DNA of 57,438 bases from Bacteroidota bacterium (GTDB lineage Bacteria; Bacteroidota; Bacteroidia; AKYH767-A; OLB10): positions 1 through 57,438 of the forward strand of contig JBJTMY010000265.1 in NCBI GenBank assembly GCA_046073825.1. Direction: 5' to 3'. The position numbers were made by a program, and so were the translations under genes. Every line of letters begins with the position of its first letter. Positions within the stretch are counted from its first letter, which is position 1. Below are positions 55,986-57,438 of this stretch, in pieces. The notes under the pieces are model-generated. The model saw only the letters and a program-made list of their open reading frames with translations, had not been told where the DNA came from and did not search any database.

Positions 55986-57212
55986 TCACTTATGCAGCCT
56001 CTGCGACTGTCCAACAAAATACCACTGATAAGCATTGTTCGCATATTGCACTCCGTAGTAATCGAAGGGGCCATTGGCGCGATCTCCATTTGCATCAAGC
56101 ATGATTGGACCGGTGATTCCATTATATCCATTTGCTGCATTTGAAAATGCATTGTGTAATGCTAAACCAAATTCAGGTAGACCATAGTTTTGTTGCACCA
56201 TCTTCGCCATTACTTTCACAATATCATATGAGTTTAAAGTAAGTGCATCTCCTTGTTGTCCGCTGAGGTTATCTATTTTATTCAGCAAGGGTGACCAAAT
56301 ATTTTGCGTAGCCATTGGTAAACTAAATCCTGGACTATAAAAATTAGTATTCACCGCAAACTGCGATGCATTCACATTCGCCAATAAGTTTTGATTTTTA
56401 TAAAACCCTACTCCGCCATACCAATGAACACTCGATAATATTGAATCGCCGTCTGCTTGATTAAACAATAAAATTGATTCATCAAACGAAGTAGAAACTA
56501 CTCCTATTTCAGCTCGTGGATGTGTTACTGAATAAGCGATGATTTGATTTTTAACGTTGGATAATACCGAAGTGAAATCAGTAGTTGTTCCGGCAAAGGT
56601 GGCTACTAATGCAGTATCGTAACCAAGATTTGCAAAGTTGGAAGCATAAGCAGCGTTTAATCCTAGACTACCAATATCGTTTCGAGAAATAAGCACCAAT
56701 GCTTTCTTCCCTTCATTCGCGATAGAATTCGCCATTGCTTGTCCAACAATTTGTTCTCCTGGTGCAAAGCGGTACACCATATCGTTAGGAAGCGATAAAG
56801 AGCTAGCGGTACTCGAAGGACTCACCACTAAGACCCCAAGACTATCAGCTATTGGTTTAATGGCTGACAACTCTGCGCTTGTTTGCGGACCAATTACTAA
56901 ACGACAACCTGAAGCAGCAATTGATTGCATGGCTTGAAGGGCGAGTGTTGGATTTATTTGTGTATCATACACCTTTAATGAAAATCGGAAAGGATAATTT
57001 TTCTGCTGAAAATCTTGATTAATTTCATCAATTGCAATTTCTAATGCAGCTTTCGAGCTTAAACCTAAATACGATAACCCGCCTGTCTCCGACAACAAGG
57101 CAGCAACAGGAATCGTAATAACTTCTCCATTGCTTTCTTCTTTTTTATCACACGCAGTAAAGAAGAATAAGATGATGCAAGAGCATATAATTAATTGTCC
57201 GGCGTTTTTCAT
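55986..57212 (-). CDS. Type I periplasmic-binding-fold (LivJ/branched-chain amino acid-like) substrate-binding lipoprotein
   Basis: Lipobox FTAC then DKKEE; ALLSETGGLS, VIGPQTS, VSPSSTA, YNGITG.I.LDANGDR. Confidence 0.88.
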   Translation of the reverse strand: MKNAGQLIICSCIILFFFTACDKKEESNGEVITIPVAALLSETGGLSYLGLSSKAALEIAIDEINQDFQQKNYPFRFSLKVYDTQINPTLALQAMQSIAASGCRLVIGPQTSAELSAIKPIADSLGVLVVSPSSTASSLSLPNDMVYRFAPGEQIVGQAMANSIANEGKKALVLISRNDIGSLGLNAAYASNFANLGYDTALVATFAGTTTDFTSVLSNVKNQIIAYSVTHPRAEIGVVSTSFDESILLFNQADGDSILSSVHWYGGVGFYKNQNLLANVNASQFAVNTNFYSPGFSLPMATQNIWSPLLNKIDNLSGQQGDALTLNSYDIVKVMAKMVQQNYGLPEFGLALHNAFSNAANGYNGITGPIMLDANGDRANGPFDYYGVQYANNAYQWYFVGQSQRLHK

Positions 57213-57236
57213 TGAATGCAAAAGTGGGTTGTTTTA

Positions 57237-57279
57237 TGAATAAAAAACAGCGATGGGTTGAAACCAATCGCTGTTGAAT
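57237..57279. repeat. REP-like palindrome, copy 2
   Basis: TGAATAAAA-AACAGCGATGGGTTGAAACCAATCGCTGTT-GAAT, in direct orientation with copy 1. Confidence 0.8.
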
Positions 57280-57297
57280 GATAAAATAATTTGCAAT

Positions 57298-57324
57298 AAA
57301 AAAGGAGCAACATAGTTGCTCCTT
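57298..57324 (-). terminator. Intrinsic terminator
   Basis: AAGGAGCAAC-ATA-GTTGCTCCTT with an A run on the left, which is a U tail on the minus strand. Confidence 0.8.
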
Positions 57325-57351
57325 GGTGAAATAAATGGGTTGGGGGTTAAT

Positions 57352-57438
57352 TTATCTTCCGTAATTTCTCGAACGACTAACTCGCCCAGTATTTGGATTA
57401 TAATTTCCAGGATAACTAAAATTATCCTTCCTTGTATT
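57352..57438 (-). CDS. 3' end of a hypothetical protein entering from beyond the window
   Basis: Minus frame reads NTRKDNFSYPGNYNPNTGRVSRSRNYGR*, followed by a terminator. DN(Y/F)SxxGNxNPxTG is a motif I recognise from small conserved hypothetical proteins. Confidence 0.6.
   Translation of the reverse strand, partial: NTRKDNFSYPGNYNPNTGRVSRSRNYGR

Noticed and set aside
55854-57279. Insertion sequence or CRISPR interpretation of the palindromic repeats
   Set aside because: The enclosed ORF is a binding protein, not a transposase, and the copies are not arrayed with spacers. Kept only as REP-like repeats.

Overview
AT-rich Bacteroidota chromosomal window. Evidence for the phylum: T9SS C-terminal domains, TAnnTTTG -7 promoter boxes, no Shine-Dalgarno sequences evident, long-form IspG and a yceD-rpmF-plsX-fabH-accB-accC cluster. 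Content is about 45 CDS and one tRNA-Cys(GCA); I see no integrase, transposase, prophage or CRISPR array. Housekeeping genes (gcdH, acc, fabH, plsX, lipB, ispG, LOG) are interleaved with many secreted or surface proteins: a 2151-aa repeat adhesin, two M43 metalloproteases and two beta-propeller proteins. Two signalling modules are also present. The best candidates for uncharacterised systems are: (1) a four-gene envelope thiol-redox cluster at 1-4933 (T9SS-secreted Omp28 CxxC protein, TlpA, a beta-barrel with a C-terminal CVGGVC, and an Omp28 CxxC lipoprotein); (2) a beta-barrel, monoheme cytochrome c lipoprotein and SbtA unit behind a perfect Fur-type palindrome at 21162-23368; (3) an apparently leaderless AAA+/DUF4143 gene with a tandem 33-bp palindromic operator; (4) an orphan substrate-binding lipoprotein bracketed by ~43-bp REP-like direct repeats. 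Family names are from motif recognition only; no database search was run.
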